DNA from: an uncultured delta proteobacterium
GTDB lineage: Bacteria; Desulfobacterota; Binatia; UBA9968
NCBI GenBank assembly: GCA_963760795.1
Contig: CAVXEP010000015.1
Location: forward strand, 32,001-96,000
Direction of reading: 5' to 3'
Length of the DNA stretch: 64,000 nt
Part shown: positions 20,133 through 30,592 of the stretch, piece by piece
Numbering within the stretch: the stretch's first letter is position 1
Layout: each line of letters opens with the position of its first letter
Made by a program: the position numbers and the translations under genes
The notes under the pieces: model-generated
The model's database searches: none
What the model was told of the DNA's origin: nothing
Seen by the model: only the letters and a program-made list of their open reading frames with translations

Positions 20133-21764
20133 TCACTCCGCTTTTTGCAGCACCGCTTCGCGCGGCAATTCGTACTTGGCAATGACCGGCTGATTGGCAC
20201 CGAACCGGCGGGCAAGGATAAGAATTTCCTTGTCGAAAAACACCGCCGCCCAATCCGGGTCGAGCATGCGCTGAATGACAAAATTTTCCGCCGCAGCGGA
20301 GCGGCCACTGGGGTTGATGACGATGCTGTTGAATTTATGGGCGGCCAGATGGCGGCGCCACTTTTCCTCGTTCACTAAGAGGGGAAAATAATCCTCAGTG
20401 AAAAACGTCGCCGGATAGGCTTCAGGGCGGTTGTCGACATACACACGCTCGCGCGGATAAAGGCCATAAGTCAAATAGCTGCCGACGTCGAAGGTGTTGA
20501 AGATCGGCCCCTGTAATCGCTCGCTCCGGAGAAACTCCAGCGCCGCCAGATTGCCCTCTTTGAGGCCGATGCCAAAGGCGCCGCGCCCGCCGGCAAAAAA
20601 AAATGCCGGATTGATCAGCAAAAGCAGAACCGCCACACCACTCACCGTAGCCACAGTGCCGAAGGACGAATTGAGCCAGCGCGAGGACTGCGCTCGCACC
20701 ATGCCGCGAAAGTTAGCCGCCGTCAGCGGCAACGCGAAGAAAGCAAAGATAACGAAGTTACGGATGGTCCACCATGCCAGCGCGGCGAAAAACAACGTCA
20801 AGACAAAGTTGCTTACCGAGAAACTAGTACGGTCTTTAATGATGACGTAAAGCCAACTTAAACAGAGCAGGCCGATGATGACTAAGAAAAAAGTTAGCGG
20901 AAGAAACTGAAAGCCTGCCTGAAGAATAGCCGGAACCGAATAGTTTTCGATCACCGGAAATCCATAGCCCTGGAAGATAAACAGCGGATAGACCGCGCCG
21001 CGCAACCCCGCGGGATTGATACAACTGGCGCCAACGGTCGCCAGCGCCACCGCGGTGAGAACTTTCCATGGCTGCCTTTGGGAACTTGCTTGGGGCGATC
21101 TTTGGGCGGCAAGATCGATGAGCGACTGCAAAAGAAAGACACCGACGAGAAACATGCCGATGAAAAAATAAATATGCAGGTTGACCCAAACGATCTGCAA
21201 CAGCGGTAGAATCACCAGCCAACGCGCGCCACGGTGGCCTTGCCGGTAATCCCACAGCAGATGCAGGAACAGACCGCTCATGAGATAGCTGAACATTTCC
21301 GGTCTAATTTCGGAGCGGGTGATCAGAATCGGCATGACGATGACGGTGCATACAGCTCCGAGAGCGAAGCTGCCATAGCGCACGGCCAGGCGGAAGAAAA
21401 TCCATAGGGTGGTCACGCTAACAGCGAGAAAAAACAGCGATAGCCCGGCAAAGCCCAGCATACGCTCGACCAGATAGTAGATCGCACCGCTGCCCCAAGA
21501 ATGATTGACGAACGGATGATCCGGCGTCGTGTAGGCGAAAAGATTGGTGTCGGCTATGAGACCGCTGTGAAAAAACAGCTCGCCGTTCTTCAGGTAGCGG
21601 CCGAGGTCGCTGGTGGTGAGATCGACCGGGTGAGCGAGAAAGCCGGTGTAGACAGCGAGCAAAGCTACGGTCAGACAACCTTGAATGAGCGCGCCTATTG
21701 GACGCGGCTCAACCGCGGCTGCCGCTGGAGCGGCTTGCCGCCGCGCGGAACGTTTCTTGACCAT
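20133..21764 (-). CDS. Polytopic membrane protein, probable GT-C fold
   Basis: Basic N-tail MVKKRSARR; first-loop SDLGRYLKNG, NHSWG, RPEMFS, WVNLH; C-terminal GSYL...VYVDNRPEAY domain. Confidence 0.7.
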   Translation of the reverse strand: MVKKRSARRQAAPAAAAVEPRPIGALIQGCLTVALLAVYTGFLAHPVDLTTSDLGRYLKNGELFFHSGLIADTNLFAYTTPDHPFVNHSWGSGAIYYLVERMLGFAGLSLFFLAVSVTTLWIFFRLAVRYGSFALGAVCTVIVMPILITRSEIRPEMFSYLMSGLFLHLLWDYRQGHRGARWLVILPLLQIVWVNLHIYFFIGMFLVGVFLLQSLIDLAAQRSPQASSQRQPWKVLTAVALATVGASCINPAGLRGAVYPLFIFQGYGFPVIENYSVPAILQAGFQFLPLTFFLVIIGLLCLSWLYVIIKDRTSFSVSNFVLTLFFAALAWWTIRNFVIFAFFALPLTAANFRGMVRAQSSRWLNSSFGTVATVSGVAVLLLLINPAFFFAGGRGAFGIGLKEGNLAALEFLRSERLQGPIFNTFDVGSYLTYGLYPRERVYVDNRPEAYPATFFTEDYFPLLVNEEKWRRHLAAHKFNSIVINPSGRSAAAENFVIQRMLDPDWAAVFFDKEILILARRFGANQPVIAKYELPREAVLQKAE

Positions 21765-21904
21765 GAATCGATTACGCTGCGGACAGGACGGATTTTCTGT
21801 CAGATAGGCCGCCTGGCGCTGCCGTTGCCGGGCGACAGCGGCTAGATACCGGCCGCGGTCGCCGCGGGTCGTCTTCGGGAACGACACGAACGATGAGCTC
21901 CAGA

Positions 21905-22453
21905 TCAGATCTGCAAATCATCCGGCGGTGTCACCGTGTAGACATCGAAGGTGTTGAGCGTGCACGCGAGCATGGCGTAGTAACCGATGGTCGCGGACAA
22001 CTCCACCATCCCCTTGTCGCCGAACCGGCCGTGGATCGCTTGAAAGGTCGGCTCGCTCACGCGATGGTTATGAATCATCTCACGGACGAAACTGACCAGC
22101 TGAGCATCTTCCGAGGAAAACGTTTCAGCGCCCTGCTTTTGGTACACCGCGCGAATGGTGTCGAGGGAGATGCCGGCCTTTTGCGCGTGGTTCACATGGG
22201 CGGCCCACTCATGCTTGCAGTCGAGCTCCCGCGCCGATACCAAAGCGGCGAACTCAATGACCTTGTGATCCAAGCTCGACTCGAAGCGCACATAGCTGCC
22301 TAGATGCATGGTCCGATAGGCCATCTCCGGGCTATGCAAAAGCGCTTTCCAAGGTCCGCCCACGACGCCACGGCTTTGCGCGATGTCATCGTAGATCTTC
22401 TGATCCTCGAGTTTAAGGTCTTCTTTTTTATCGATGGTTGCAATGCGTGCCAT
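21905..22453 (-). CDS. Carboxymuconolactone decarboxylase (AhpD-like) family protein
   Basis: GPWKALLHSP, SARELDCKHEWAAH, GMVELSATIGYY; GGAG before ATG 22453. Confidence 0.85.
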   Translation of the reverse strand: MARIATIDKKEDLKLEDQKIYDDIAQSRGVVGGPWKALLHSPEMAYRTMHLGSYVRFESSLDHKVIEFAALVSARELDCKHEWAAHVNHAQKAGISLDTIRAVYQKQGAETFSSEDAQLVSFVREMIHNHRVSEPTFQAIHGRFGDKGMVELSATIGYYAMLACTLNTFDVYTVTPPDDLQI

Positions 22454-22602
22454 ATTCTCACTCCGTTCAGAATTGCTGATTTCAGATTCCAAATTACAGA
22501 ATAAACTAAGCCATTTTTCGCGGTCGAGGTGTTGTCACTCTTTTTGGAAACCCGATGTAGAGGTTCTCACCCGCGAGCGACGTGGTCAACGGCAAATTTG
22601 CC

Positions 22603-23730
22603 CTAAGCCAACTTTTCTTTGAGCCAATGAGTCACGATATCGACCACCTCGTCGTTCGACTGACCTTTCTTTCGGCCCATATGGCCGGCGCCGGCGATGA
22701 TGCGCAGATCCTTCGGGCTGCCATGCTCCGCCAGTAAGTATAAGTCGCTGATCGGATGCTGGTCATCTTCTTTGCCGTTGATGCACAGAAGCGGTGCGCA
22801 AGGTTGATCGATCAAACCCTGCTTGACCAGCGACAAGGTCGGCGCGGTTTTTAGAACTTCCTCCAAGCCCTTCAAGCCGAAAATATACGAGCGCGCGTCG
22901 AGCAAGCTCGCCGGCCCCATCAAATATTGCGACGCGGTCAAAGTCAGCGCCGGGCGCAGCCACTCTTCTTGAAAGGTTCGATGCACACCGGCGCCCCAGT
23001 TAACCGCGCCGCGCAGCCGTTTCGGTTCGGTATGCGCCAGCTTGGCCGCCCAGTAACCGCCGAAGCTACCGCCCATGCAAGCAATGCGCTTACCGTCGAT
23101 ATCGCTGCGAGTTTCGAGATAATCCATCGCCGCGGAAAAAGTTCGTTCCGCCTTTGGCTCTTGTCCTAGACAGGGATTCTCTCCGGCGCCGGGCATGTCG
23201 ATGGTAAAGCAGGCGACGCCCGCCTTGAGCAGTACATCGTTGTTGGTGCGCCGGTCTTCTTTCCAACCATCGACGCCGCCCCAGTGCATGACGACCGGCG
23301 GCCGATTGACGCCCTTGGGCACCTGCAGATAGCCAACGACTTTTTTGCCTTCGAAAGGAATCTCGCAACGCTCCAGCGGTGGATCCATAGATGGCGCGGC
23401 CTTGAGAAAGGTGCGCAGCGCGCCCTGGTAGCAGGACATTTTCTCCGGGCTGCTCGGCACCGGGTAGCGGCCAATGCGATAATATTCGTAGGCGAGATAG
23501 AAAGTTTCGCCGGCTTCATTCGTCTTACCCTGTTTTTCTTGGACATCGCCCAACGCTTCGTACTTGGCGCCGAACTTGCCCCATTCGCGACCCCACAGCT
23601 CCGAGTCGAGACTGGTGAGATTCTTCAGAACTTGATCGACGTCTTCTTTCTTCACCCGCTCGAACGGATTGATCCGCCCGGCGCGTTGGGCGATATCCGC
23701 TTTGATTTCTTCGAGGGTTTTCTCCGCCAT
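22603..23730 (-). CDS. Alpha/beta hydrolase (FrsA/DUF1100-like)
   Basis: GGVDGWKE, DMPGAGE, nucleophile elbow GGSFGG, distal Asp and GHMG. Confidence 0.88.
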   Translation of the reverse strand: MAEKTLEEIKADIAQRAGRINPFERVKKEDVDQVLKNLTSLDSELWGREWGKFGAKYEALGDVQEKQGKTNEAGETFYLAYEYYRIGRYPVPSSPEKMSCYQGALRTFLKAAPSMDPPLERCEIPFEGKKVVGYLQVPKGVNRPPVVMHWGGVDGWKEDRRTNNDVLLKAGVACFTIDMPGAGENPCLGQEPKAERTFSAAMDYLETRSDIDGKRIACMGGSFGGYWAAKLAHTEPKRLRGAVNWGAGVHRTFQEEWLRPALTLTASQYLMGPASLLDARSYIFGLKGLEEVLKTAPTLSLVKQGLIDQPCAPLLCINGKEDDQHPISDLYLLAEHGSPKDLRIIAGAGHMGRKKGQSNDEVVDIVTHWLKEKLA

Positions 23731-23799
23731 GCTGTTTTTCTCCTTATAACTTCGCGCCCGGCTCCTTGGCCAAGGTCTTCAGTGCGATCTTGTAAATCA

Positions 23800-23957
23800 G
23801 ATACCCTTCGGCTTGATCGCCAACGCGGAGATCAAACGGCTCGGAGATCTCAAGGGGAAAAAGATCGCGGTCACTTTCGGCCGCTCGACTCATAGTGTCT
23901 TGCAGGCGTTGTTCGTGAAGCATGGCTACAGCGATAAGTTTGCCGAGTATATCAATC
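23800..23957 (+). pseudogene. Internal fragment of an NMT1/SsuA-type ABC substrate-binding protein
   Basis: PFGLIANAEIKRLGDLKGKKIAVTFGRSTHSVLQALFVKHG; no signal peptide and no C-terminal part. Confidence 0.65.
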
Positions 23958-24152
23958 GACGTAATAGGCTCAATGTTGAACGTTTCCCGGACCGGGCAGC
24001 GAAATGTAAATCGGCTTACCCTGTTGCGCGACTGCGATCGTCGGTAGGCAAACAATCGCCGCCAACAAAGCGAAGCGAATGAAGCGCTTCATGAGACTTC
24101 TCCTACAGGAAAATCTGCAAGAACCAGGACCGACTTAACAGAAAGAATGCGG

Positions 24153-25262
24153 CTAGCGCAAGCCGCGCAGACGAGGATCGAGCACTTCGCGCAACCCTTC
24201 GCCGACGAGATAGTAAGCCAGCACGGTAACGAAGATGGCAAAGCCGGGAAAGACCGCGAGCCACCAGGCGTAGGTGGTGGTGCTGGCTTCGTGAAGTATC
24301 GAACCCCAAGTCACCAGCTCGGCCGGCACGCCGATGCCAAGAAAACTCAGGCTCGATTCGACAAGGATCGCCCCGGCGATGCCGAGAACTACAGAAACGA
24401 TGACCGGTGCCAATGCGTTCGGCAAAATATGTTTGAACATCACCTTGCGGTCCGTGCCCCCCAGCGCGATCGCCGAGGTTACGTAATCGAGATTGCGAAT
24501 CCGCAGAAATTCATTTCGGGTAAAGCGCGCGATGCCGACCCAACTGGTCGCGCCGATGATGAACATCGTGAGAAAAATGCTTGGCGGCAACAGCGCCGCG
24601 ATGGTGATCAATAGAAAAAACGTCGGTATCGACAACATGACCTCGAACAAACGGGAAATGACCAAATCCGTCCATGAGCCAAAGTATCCGGCAATGGCGC
24701 CGAGCACGACTCCGATCATGACCGCGATGCCAACGGCGACAAAACCAATCGATAGCGAGACGCGCGAACCATGAACCATGCCCGCCATGACGTCCCGGCC
24801 CAACTTGTCGGTGCCGAACCAATGACGCCCAGACGGCGGCTCGAGGGGTTCGAGAAGATTGATGTTACTGGGGCGATACGGAATTGGCGGAAAGAACGAC
24901 TTGGCGCCTTGAAGTTTCTTGAATTCGGCGTTGACAAGCTCCGCGGGCCATTGGCCGAGCTTCATTCCCACCAAGTAGCTGCGAAAGATCGGAAAATATG
25001 ACTTGCTTTTATACTCGGTGTAGTAAGGTTTGTCGTTTGCGATGAAATCGGCGAACAGCGCCATAAAGACAAAAACACAGACAACGAAAAAACCCGTGAG
25101 CGCGACGGGATTGCGTTTGAAGCGCTGCCATACATCGGACCACAGCCCGCCAGCCTCGGTGGTCTCCGTTGCCATGTCCTGGGTTGTCGAATTCGTCGAT
25201 GCCATGACCGTTGAAATTCGCTTATTGCGCCCGGCGGCCGAAGGCGATTCGCGGATCGACAA
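24153..25262 (-). CDS. oppC: Oligopeptide ABC permease OppC
   Basis: HWFGTDKLGRDV, HILPNA, ESSLSFLG. The true start is probably ~25206 or ~25176. Confidence 0.93.
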   Translation of the reverse strand: MSIRESPSAAGRNKRISTVMASTNSTTQDMATETTEAGGLWSDVWQRFKRNPVALTGFFVVCVFVFMALFADFIANDKPYYTEYKSKSYFPIFRSYLVGMKLGQWPAELVNAEFKKLQGAKSFFPPIPYRPSNINLLEPLEPPSGRHWFGTDKLGRDVMAGMVHGSRVSLSIGFVAVGIAVMIGVVLGAIAGYFGSWTDLVISRLFEVMLSIPTFFLLITIAALLPPSIFLTMFIIGATSWVGIARFTRNEFLRIRNLDYVTSAIALGGTDRKVMFKHILPNALAPVIVSVVLGIAGAILVESSLSFLGIGVPAELVTWGSILHEASTTTYAWWLAVFPGFAIFVTVLAYYLVGEGLREVLDPRLRGLR

Positions 25263-26253
25263 CAGCCAATAGCAGATCCGAGATCAAGATGCCGATCAAG
25301 GTTAAAATCGACGTCACAGCGAGCAGCGCCAGCACCACGGGATAGTCGCGGGATAAAACGGACTCGAAGCCAAGCTGTCCTAAGCCGGGAATGGAAAAAA
25401 TCGTTTCGACGATCACGCTGCCGCCAATCATTCCGGGCAAGATGGAGGCGAGCAATGTCACCTGCGGTATGAGCGAATTACGCAGCACATGCTTAAAGAC
25501 GACGACGCCTTCGTCGAGCCCTTTGGAGCGGGCGACCTGGACATAATCTTGGCGCAATACTTCGAGCATGCTTGCGCGCATATAACGCGACAATCCCGCG
25601 AAGCCGTCGTAGGAAAGCAGCACGACGGGCATAAACAAATGCCAAGCATGGTCCGAGAACTTGCGCCACCAGGACCAGTTTTCCGCCGCATCCAGCGACT
25701 CCAGGCCGCCGGGCGGGAAAAGATAGTAGAAATCGCCGCCGCAGATAAACACCAGCGCCATGGTCGCCGCCCACACCAGCGGCACGGCGAACAACACGAA
25801 GGCGATCAAAGTTGTCGCCTGATCGGCAAAAGAATACTGATGCGTGGCCGAATAAATACCCAAAGGGATCGCCACCAAATACACCACCAGAAGCGACCAA
25901 AAATTCAGCTTGAGCGTCACCGGAATACGCTCAGTAATTTTCTCCCAAACCGGCTGGCTGTCTTTGAATGACACGCCGAAGCTCAAAGTGAAGATATTTT
26001 GCAACCAAACCGCATATTGCACATAAAGCGGCTTATCGAGACCGTACTGCGCGCGCCACTGGGCCATCGCTTCATCCACCGCGCCGCGTTTGTCGACCGT
26101 GATCCCGCCGCTCGCCGCCGCGCCCAGTCCACCCGCAGCGCGAAGCTCTGCGGGATCGCCAGGCGCCAGGCGAACAACTAGAAAGACGATGAGCGTAATA
26201 CCGATAAACGTCGGTATCATCAGCAACACACGTTGAAAAAAATAGCCGGTCAT
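25222..26253 (-). CDS. oppB: Oligopeptide ABC permease OppB
   Basis: APGDP, GLDKPL, DYVQVARSKGL, VETIFSIPGLG. Confidence 0.93.
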   Translation of the reverse strand: MTGYFFQRVLLMIPTFIGITLIVFLVVRLAPGDPAELRAAGGLGAAASGGITVDKRGAVDEAMAQWRAQYGLDKPLYVQYAVWLQNIFTLSFGVSFKDSQPVWEKITERIPVTLKLNFWSLLVVYLVAIPLGIYSATHQYSFADQATTLIAFVLFAVPLVWAATMALVFICGGDFYYLFPPGGLESLDAAENWSWWRKFSDHAWHLFMPVVLLSYDGFAGLSRYMRASMLEVLRQDYVQVARSKGLDEGVVVFKHVLRNSLIPQVTLLASILPGMIGGSVIVETIFSIPGLGQLGFESVLSRDYPVVLALLAVTSILTLIGILISDLLLAVVDPRIAFGRRAQ

Positions 26254-26261
26254 CAGAAGAA

Positions 26262-28037
26262 TTATTGCGGTGTCAAAGCACTGGCAAATTTTTGATTTCG
26301 CGCCGGTACCCACCAATCGATCGGTCGTAACCCAGCGGGGAAAATTTCGACGTCTTGAAACCGGCGATGCACAGCAGAAACCTGTTTCCGAACAAACAGA
26401 AAGGTGTAAGGCTGCTCCTCATGCAGAATCTGCTGGAACTCTTTATACATTTCAACGCGTTTCTGCGCGTCGAACTCACGCCGGGTCGTTTCGAGAATCT
26501 CGTCGACCCGAGGGTTTTTGTAACTGATCGCGTTCGAACCTTTGTTCGCCGCTTGCGAGGAGTGCCACACCTGATAGGCGTCCGGCTCGTCCGTCGGCAT
26601 CTGCCATCCCAGCACCACGGCATCGAACTGATGATTTTTCACGTCATTGAGAAAAATTGTCCAGTCAAGCTCTCGAACGCTGGCGGCAATGCCGTGCTTT
26701 TTTAGCTCATCGAGCAGTACCAGTGCCACACTTTTGCGCAGCGCGTTGCCGGAGTTTACTTTGATCTCGAAGCGCAGCGGAGTTTTTTTGCCATTGATCA
26801 TCTTATCGAGCACACCGTCACCGTCCGTGTCTCGCCAACCGGCCTCGGCAAGTAGCGCGCTCGCCTTCAACGGATCATAAGGATAACCGACCAAACTCTT
26901 GTCATACTCGGGCCGGAAAAGATAAATATGGCTGTCAACGACTTCGCCTAAGCCGAACAGCACGCTCTTAACGATCAATTTCCGATCCGTGAAATAGGTC
27001 ATGGCTTGCCGAACTTTTTTATCGCGAAAGATCGGGTGCTCATTATTCCAGCCAAGGTAAGTATAGGTTGGTGAGTAATACTCGTATTTGCGGAATTCTT
27101 GGTTGAAGCGAGTGCTGGACGTGCCCCTTACGGCCTGCACGGGCTGCAAGGCGTCAATGTAGTCGAGACTTCCGCTTTTCAGGCGATTCAACGCCGCGTC
27201 CATATTATTCACGACGCGGAATTTTAGGCGATCCAGGCGGGGTTGATCGATTCCTTGCTTGCCATTACCCCAATAATCGCGATTACGAATGAGTTCGATC
27301 TCGCTGCCGGTTTTCCAGCGGTTGAATTTGTACGGTCCGGACCCCAATGGATTCCGATTGTAGTTCTTATTGAACTGTTCGCCGAATCGCTTCACCTCGG
27401 GCGGTAATTTGCTCGCGTCTCCCGCGAGTGCCTTCACCGTTACGCGAGCCAATAGATTATCCGGATCGTAGTGATGGCGGGGCAACAGGACAATGCTGCC
27501 GCCTAACACGGTTTCATTTTTAAAGTACGGCTCCTTGGTAGTGAATCGGATCGTGTAAGGATCGAGCAGCTCGGCATCGATCAGGGAATTGAAATAGACG
27601 CGGAGGAACGGCGCGTTAACGAACGGGCATTTGATCGCCTTGGCACTGAACAATACGTCCTCACCCGTAAGCGGGCGACCATCCTGAAAGCGCGCGTCTT
27701 TGCGTATCTTGAAAGTATAGATCAATTTATCTTTTGAGATTTCCGGCCGCGCCTCCGCGATGTACGGTTGAATATCTAAATTACGCGGATCACGGGTCAG
27801 CAAAGCCTCGAAAATAAATCCGGTTATCTCACTGGAAGCCGCGTCGCTGCTGGTCAGTGGATTGAGCTGCTCCGGATCGCTTAGGCTGTGGATGATCAGC
27901 CAGTCCCCGGTCACCGGTTTGCCGGCTTCTTCCTTGCTCAGCATGGGTTTGACGCCGGCGATATTCACTTCGGGCTTTTCGCCGCAGCCAGCGATAAGAA
28001 TTAATGGAATGATGAACCGCCAGCTTTTCGCAAACAT
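26262..28037 (-). CDS. oppA: Family 5 peptide-binding lipoprotein (OppA/AppA)
   Basis: Lipobox IAGC, GSGPYKF, VRQAM..FTDR. Confidence 0.92.
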   Translation of the reverse strand: MFAKSWRFIIPLILIAGCGEKPEVNIAGVKPMLSKEEAGKPVTGDWLIIHSLSDPEQLNPLTSSDAASSEITGFIFEALLTRDPRNLDIQPYIAEARPEISKDKLIYTFKIRKDARFQDGRPLTGEDVLFSAKAIKCPFVNAPFLRVYFNSLIDAELLDPYTIRFTTKEPYFKNETVLGGSIVLLPRHHYDPDNLLARVTVKALAGDASKLPPEVKRFGEQFNKNYNRNPLGSGPYKFNRWKTGSEIELIRNRDYWGNGKQGIDQPRLDRLKFRVVNNMDAALNRLKSGSLDYIDALQPVQAVRGTSSTRFNQEFRKYEYYSPTYTYLGWNNEHPIFRDKKVRQAMTYFTDRKLIVKSVLFGLGEVVDSHIYLFRPEYDKSLVGYPYDPLKASALLAEAGWRDTDGDGVLDKMINGKKTPLRFEIKVNSGNALRKSVALVLLDELKKHGIAASVRELDWTIFLNDVKNHQFDAVVLGWQMPTDEPDAYQVWHSSQAANKGSNAISYKNPRVDEILETTRREFDAQKRVEMYKEFQQILHEEQPYTFLFVRKQVSAVHRRFQDVEIFPAGLRPIDWWVPARNQKFASALTPQ

Positions 28038-28040
28038 CGC

Positions 28041-28842
28041 TCAACTACCGATCATCTCGATGGGAACTTCTTGGACGTTGGCCGGCTTTTGCTGAGAAAA
28101 CGATTCGGCGGGGATGGTCGCGTTGAATTCCGGTTCTTGGAAGCGGATTTCTAGCTTCTTGCCTTGCTGTGTTGCCTCGACATTGATCTTGGATGGAAAC
28201 AAGCCGGCCGGAGTCGTGATGTAGTCGGAGAAGAGCGCGGTCAATTCGAGCACGCCTGTGCCATTGAAGCGCTGCCAACGAGTTGGCACCGGCAGGTGCG
28301 AGTCAAAAGCCAGAGTGTCTTTGATCCGGCCGTTGACTGAAAAAATCAGCGAGTTGCCTTCTTGGCGCCACGGCGCCGACGCCTCCACCGGCGGCAAGCC
28401 AAGTAATAGCGCCGTGATTTCGTCAAGCTCTAGCGGGATCTGGGTAAGGCGCTGCAAATTCTCTTTGGAGCTGCGGCCGCGCACCAGCACGCCCTCGCGC
28501 GGGTGGTAGCCGACGATTTCTTTATCGTTGGCCGTGACGATGAGGATCGCGCCCAGGAAGGATAGCGTCTCCAAACGCAATCGATCCGGCCGCTGCACCA
28601 GCACCGCTTCTTCGAAACCGTGTTTGCCCTCCGGTCCGGCGTAGTTGACCCGCGCCAGCGCGCGCACCGAGCGAAACTGCTGGCGCCGTTGGCCCATCGA
28701 CTCGATCAGCTTGCTCAACTCCCACTGCGGCGCGGGCGCCGTCGGCAAGGCAGGCGGTTTAGCCGTGGTGGCGCAACCAGTGACGATTAACGCAAGAATG
28801 GCCAGGGAAACGGAAGACGGCGCGGCGCGGCAGGACGATCAA
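28041..28842 (-). CDS. LolB/DUF4292-like lipoprotein; frameshift in the signal peptide at ~28811
   Basis: In-frame upstream VSLAILALIVTGC lipobox. The TTG at 28842 overlaps the TPR gene stop and connects if one C is removed. Body has RPDRLRLE and a beta-rich LolA/LolB-like pattern. Confidence 0.65.
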
Positions 28843-30584
28843 ATCTTTTTCTCCAGCCGCTGGATTTTTTCGCGCACGCGCTTGGTCTGTTCGGGCTCTT
28901 TGGAATGCTTCAGCGACTCGCGGTAACGCACCACGGCACGGTCGACCCGGCCAGCCTTCTCGTAGGCATCGCCCAGATGCTCGATGATCGTCGGGTCGTC
29001 CACCGTGAGTTCGACGGCGCGTTCGAGCTGTTCGACGGCGCGCGGGTAATCGCCCTTTTGATAGTAAACCCAACCCAAGCTGTCGATGTAGAAACCGTCG
29101 TTGGGCGCGATCTTGAGCGCCCGCGCGATCAATTCTTCGGCTTCGTCCAACTGCACGCCCATCTCCGCCCAGGTGTAGCCCAAGTAGTTGAGCGCCGGCG
29201 CGTTCTTGGGATTGAGCTCGATGGCCTTCTTCATGCTGGCGATGGATTTGTCTTTGACTTTGTTCTCGTCATAGAGCGCGCCCAGTTGAAAGTGCGCCTC
29301 GTCGTTCTTGGGATCGAGGGCGACGACCCGCTCCATCGACTGAATCGCCCGCGGAAAGTCTTTAGTCTTACGGTAGAGCACGCTCAAATAGGCATGGATT
29401 TCTTTGCGGTCGTTGAGTTTTTTAATGACCGCCTGCAGAGTTTCGATGGCCTTTTGGGTTTGGTCTTTGCGCTCGTAGAGTTGCGCCGCCTGCACCCGGG
29501 CGTCTGCGTAGAACTCGCTCTTCTCGGAAATTCGCTCGAAGGATTCCAGCGCCTTATCGTTGGCTTTGAGTTCGATATAGGTGGCGGCGAGATAATAACG
29601 CGCGCGATCGTTTTCCGGATCGCCGGCGAGAACCAGATTGAACTCGGTGGCGGCGCGGTCGTAGTCGCCCTTCTCAAACGAGATCAGACCGATCTTGATG
29701 CGCGTGTCGCGCGGATCGGTTTCGCTGCCTTCCAAGCGCTCGAACTGGCGCAGCGCTTCATCGAGCTTATTCTGCCCGACATAGAGTTCGCCCAAGCGGC
29801 GGCGCGACCAAACATGTTGCGGATTGACTTGCAGCAGACGCTGATAGGTTTGGATTGCATCTTCGGTCTTGCTTTCGAGCTCATAGACCAGCGCCAAGTC
29901 CAGCAACACAGCTTCCGACTTGGGATTGAACTCCAGGGCCTTGCGAAAGCTCTGCTCGGCGGCAAGATAGAGCTTGCTCTTGGCACGCACCCGGCCCAAA
30001 TAATAGTGGCCCAGAGCCGAGTTGTCGTCGAGTTTGAGCAGCTCGTCCAAATGTTGCGTCGCGCGCGCGTAGTCTTCAACCTGCAAATACAGCGCGCCGG
30101 CGTAGAGCAGCGCTTCTTGATTGTTGGGATCGAGTTTGAGCACCGCGTTGTATTCCGCCAGCGCCTTTTGATTATCACCCAGCGCGGAATACAGCCCAGC
30201 CAGGAGTAAATGATAATCGACGCTCTTGGGCTCCAGCCGGACCGCCGACTCCGCCTCGCCCAAGGCCTTCCTAAGATCGCCGCGGCGCAGATAGAGCTGG
30301 GCCAATCGGAAATGCAAAAAACTGTCCGCGGGACTAGCCTGCGCGGCGGCTTCGAACTCTTTCAGAGCCGGCTCGAATTCGCCCTCGGTGAGCAATAGCT
30401 GTCCCTTAAGGAAATGGTTGAACGCCTTGGCGTCGTCGCCAAGGTCAGCTTTGGCTTCTTTGCTAAAGGGCCTTTCGGAAGACCAAACCAAACCGTCGGG
30501 AGGGAGCTGGTAATCGGCCACGGCCGTCGCGCAACCGGAGAATATAACTAGCAAAAAGGCTACCCGAAAACTGCGTGTAGACAT
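28839..30584 (-). CDS. Multi-TPR lipoprotein
   Basis: Lipobox FSGC, many TPRs, ALNYLGYTWAE and DSLGWVYY...HLGDAY, typical of the TPR gene preceding lolB. Confidence 0.88.
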   Translation of the reverse strand: MSTRSFRVAFLLVIFSGCATAVADYQLPPDGLVWSSERPFSKEAKADLGDDAKAFNHFLKGQLLLTEGEFEPALKEFEAAAQASPADSFLHFRLAQLYLRRGDLRKALGEAESAVRLEPKSVDYHLLLAGLYSALGDNQKALAEYNAVLKLDPNNQEALLYAGALYLQVEDYARATQHLDELLKLDDNSALGHYYLGRVRAKSKLYLAAEQSFRKALEFNPKSEAVLLDLALVYELESKTEDAIQTYQRLLQVNPQHVWSRRRLGELYVGQNKLDEALRQFERLEGSETDPRDTRIKIGLISFEKGDYDRAATEFNLVLAGDPENDRARYYLAATYIELKANDKALESFERISEKSEFYADARVQAAQLYERKDQTQKAIETLQAVIKKLNDRKEIHAYLSVLYRKTKDFPRAIQSMERVVALDPKNDEAHFQLGALYDENKVKDKSIASMKKAIELNPKNAPALNYLGYTWAEMGVQLDEAEELIARALKIAPNDGFYIDSLGWVYYQKGDYPRAVEQLERAVELTVDDPTIIEHLGDAYEKAGRVDRAVVRYRESLKHSKEPEQTKRVREKIQRLEKKI

Positions 30585-30592
30585 CGTCGAAA

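Noticed and set aside
12199-24153. Prophage or integrative element explaining the accessory block
   Set aside because: No integrase, transposase, tRNA or flanking direct repeats were seen.
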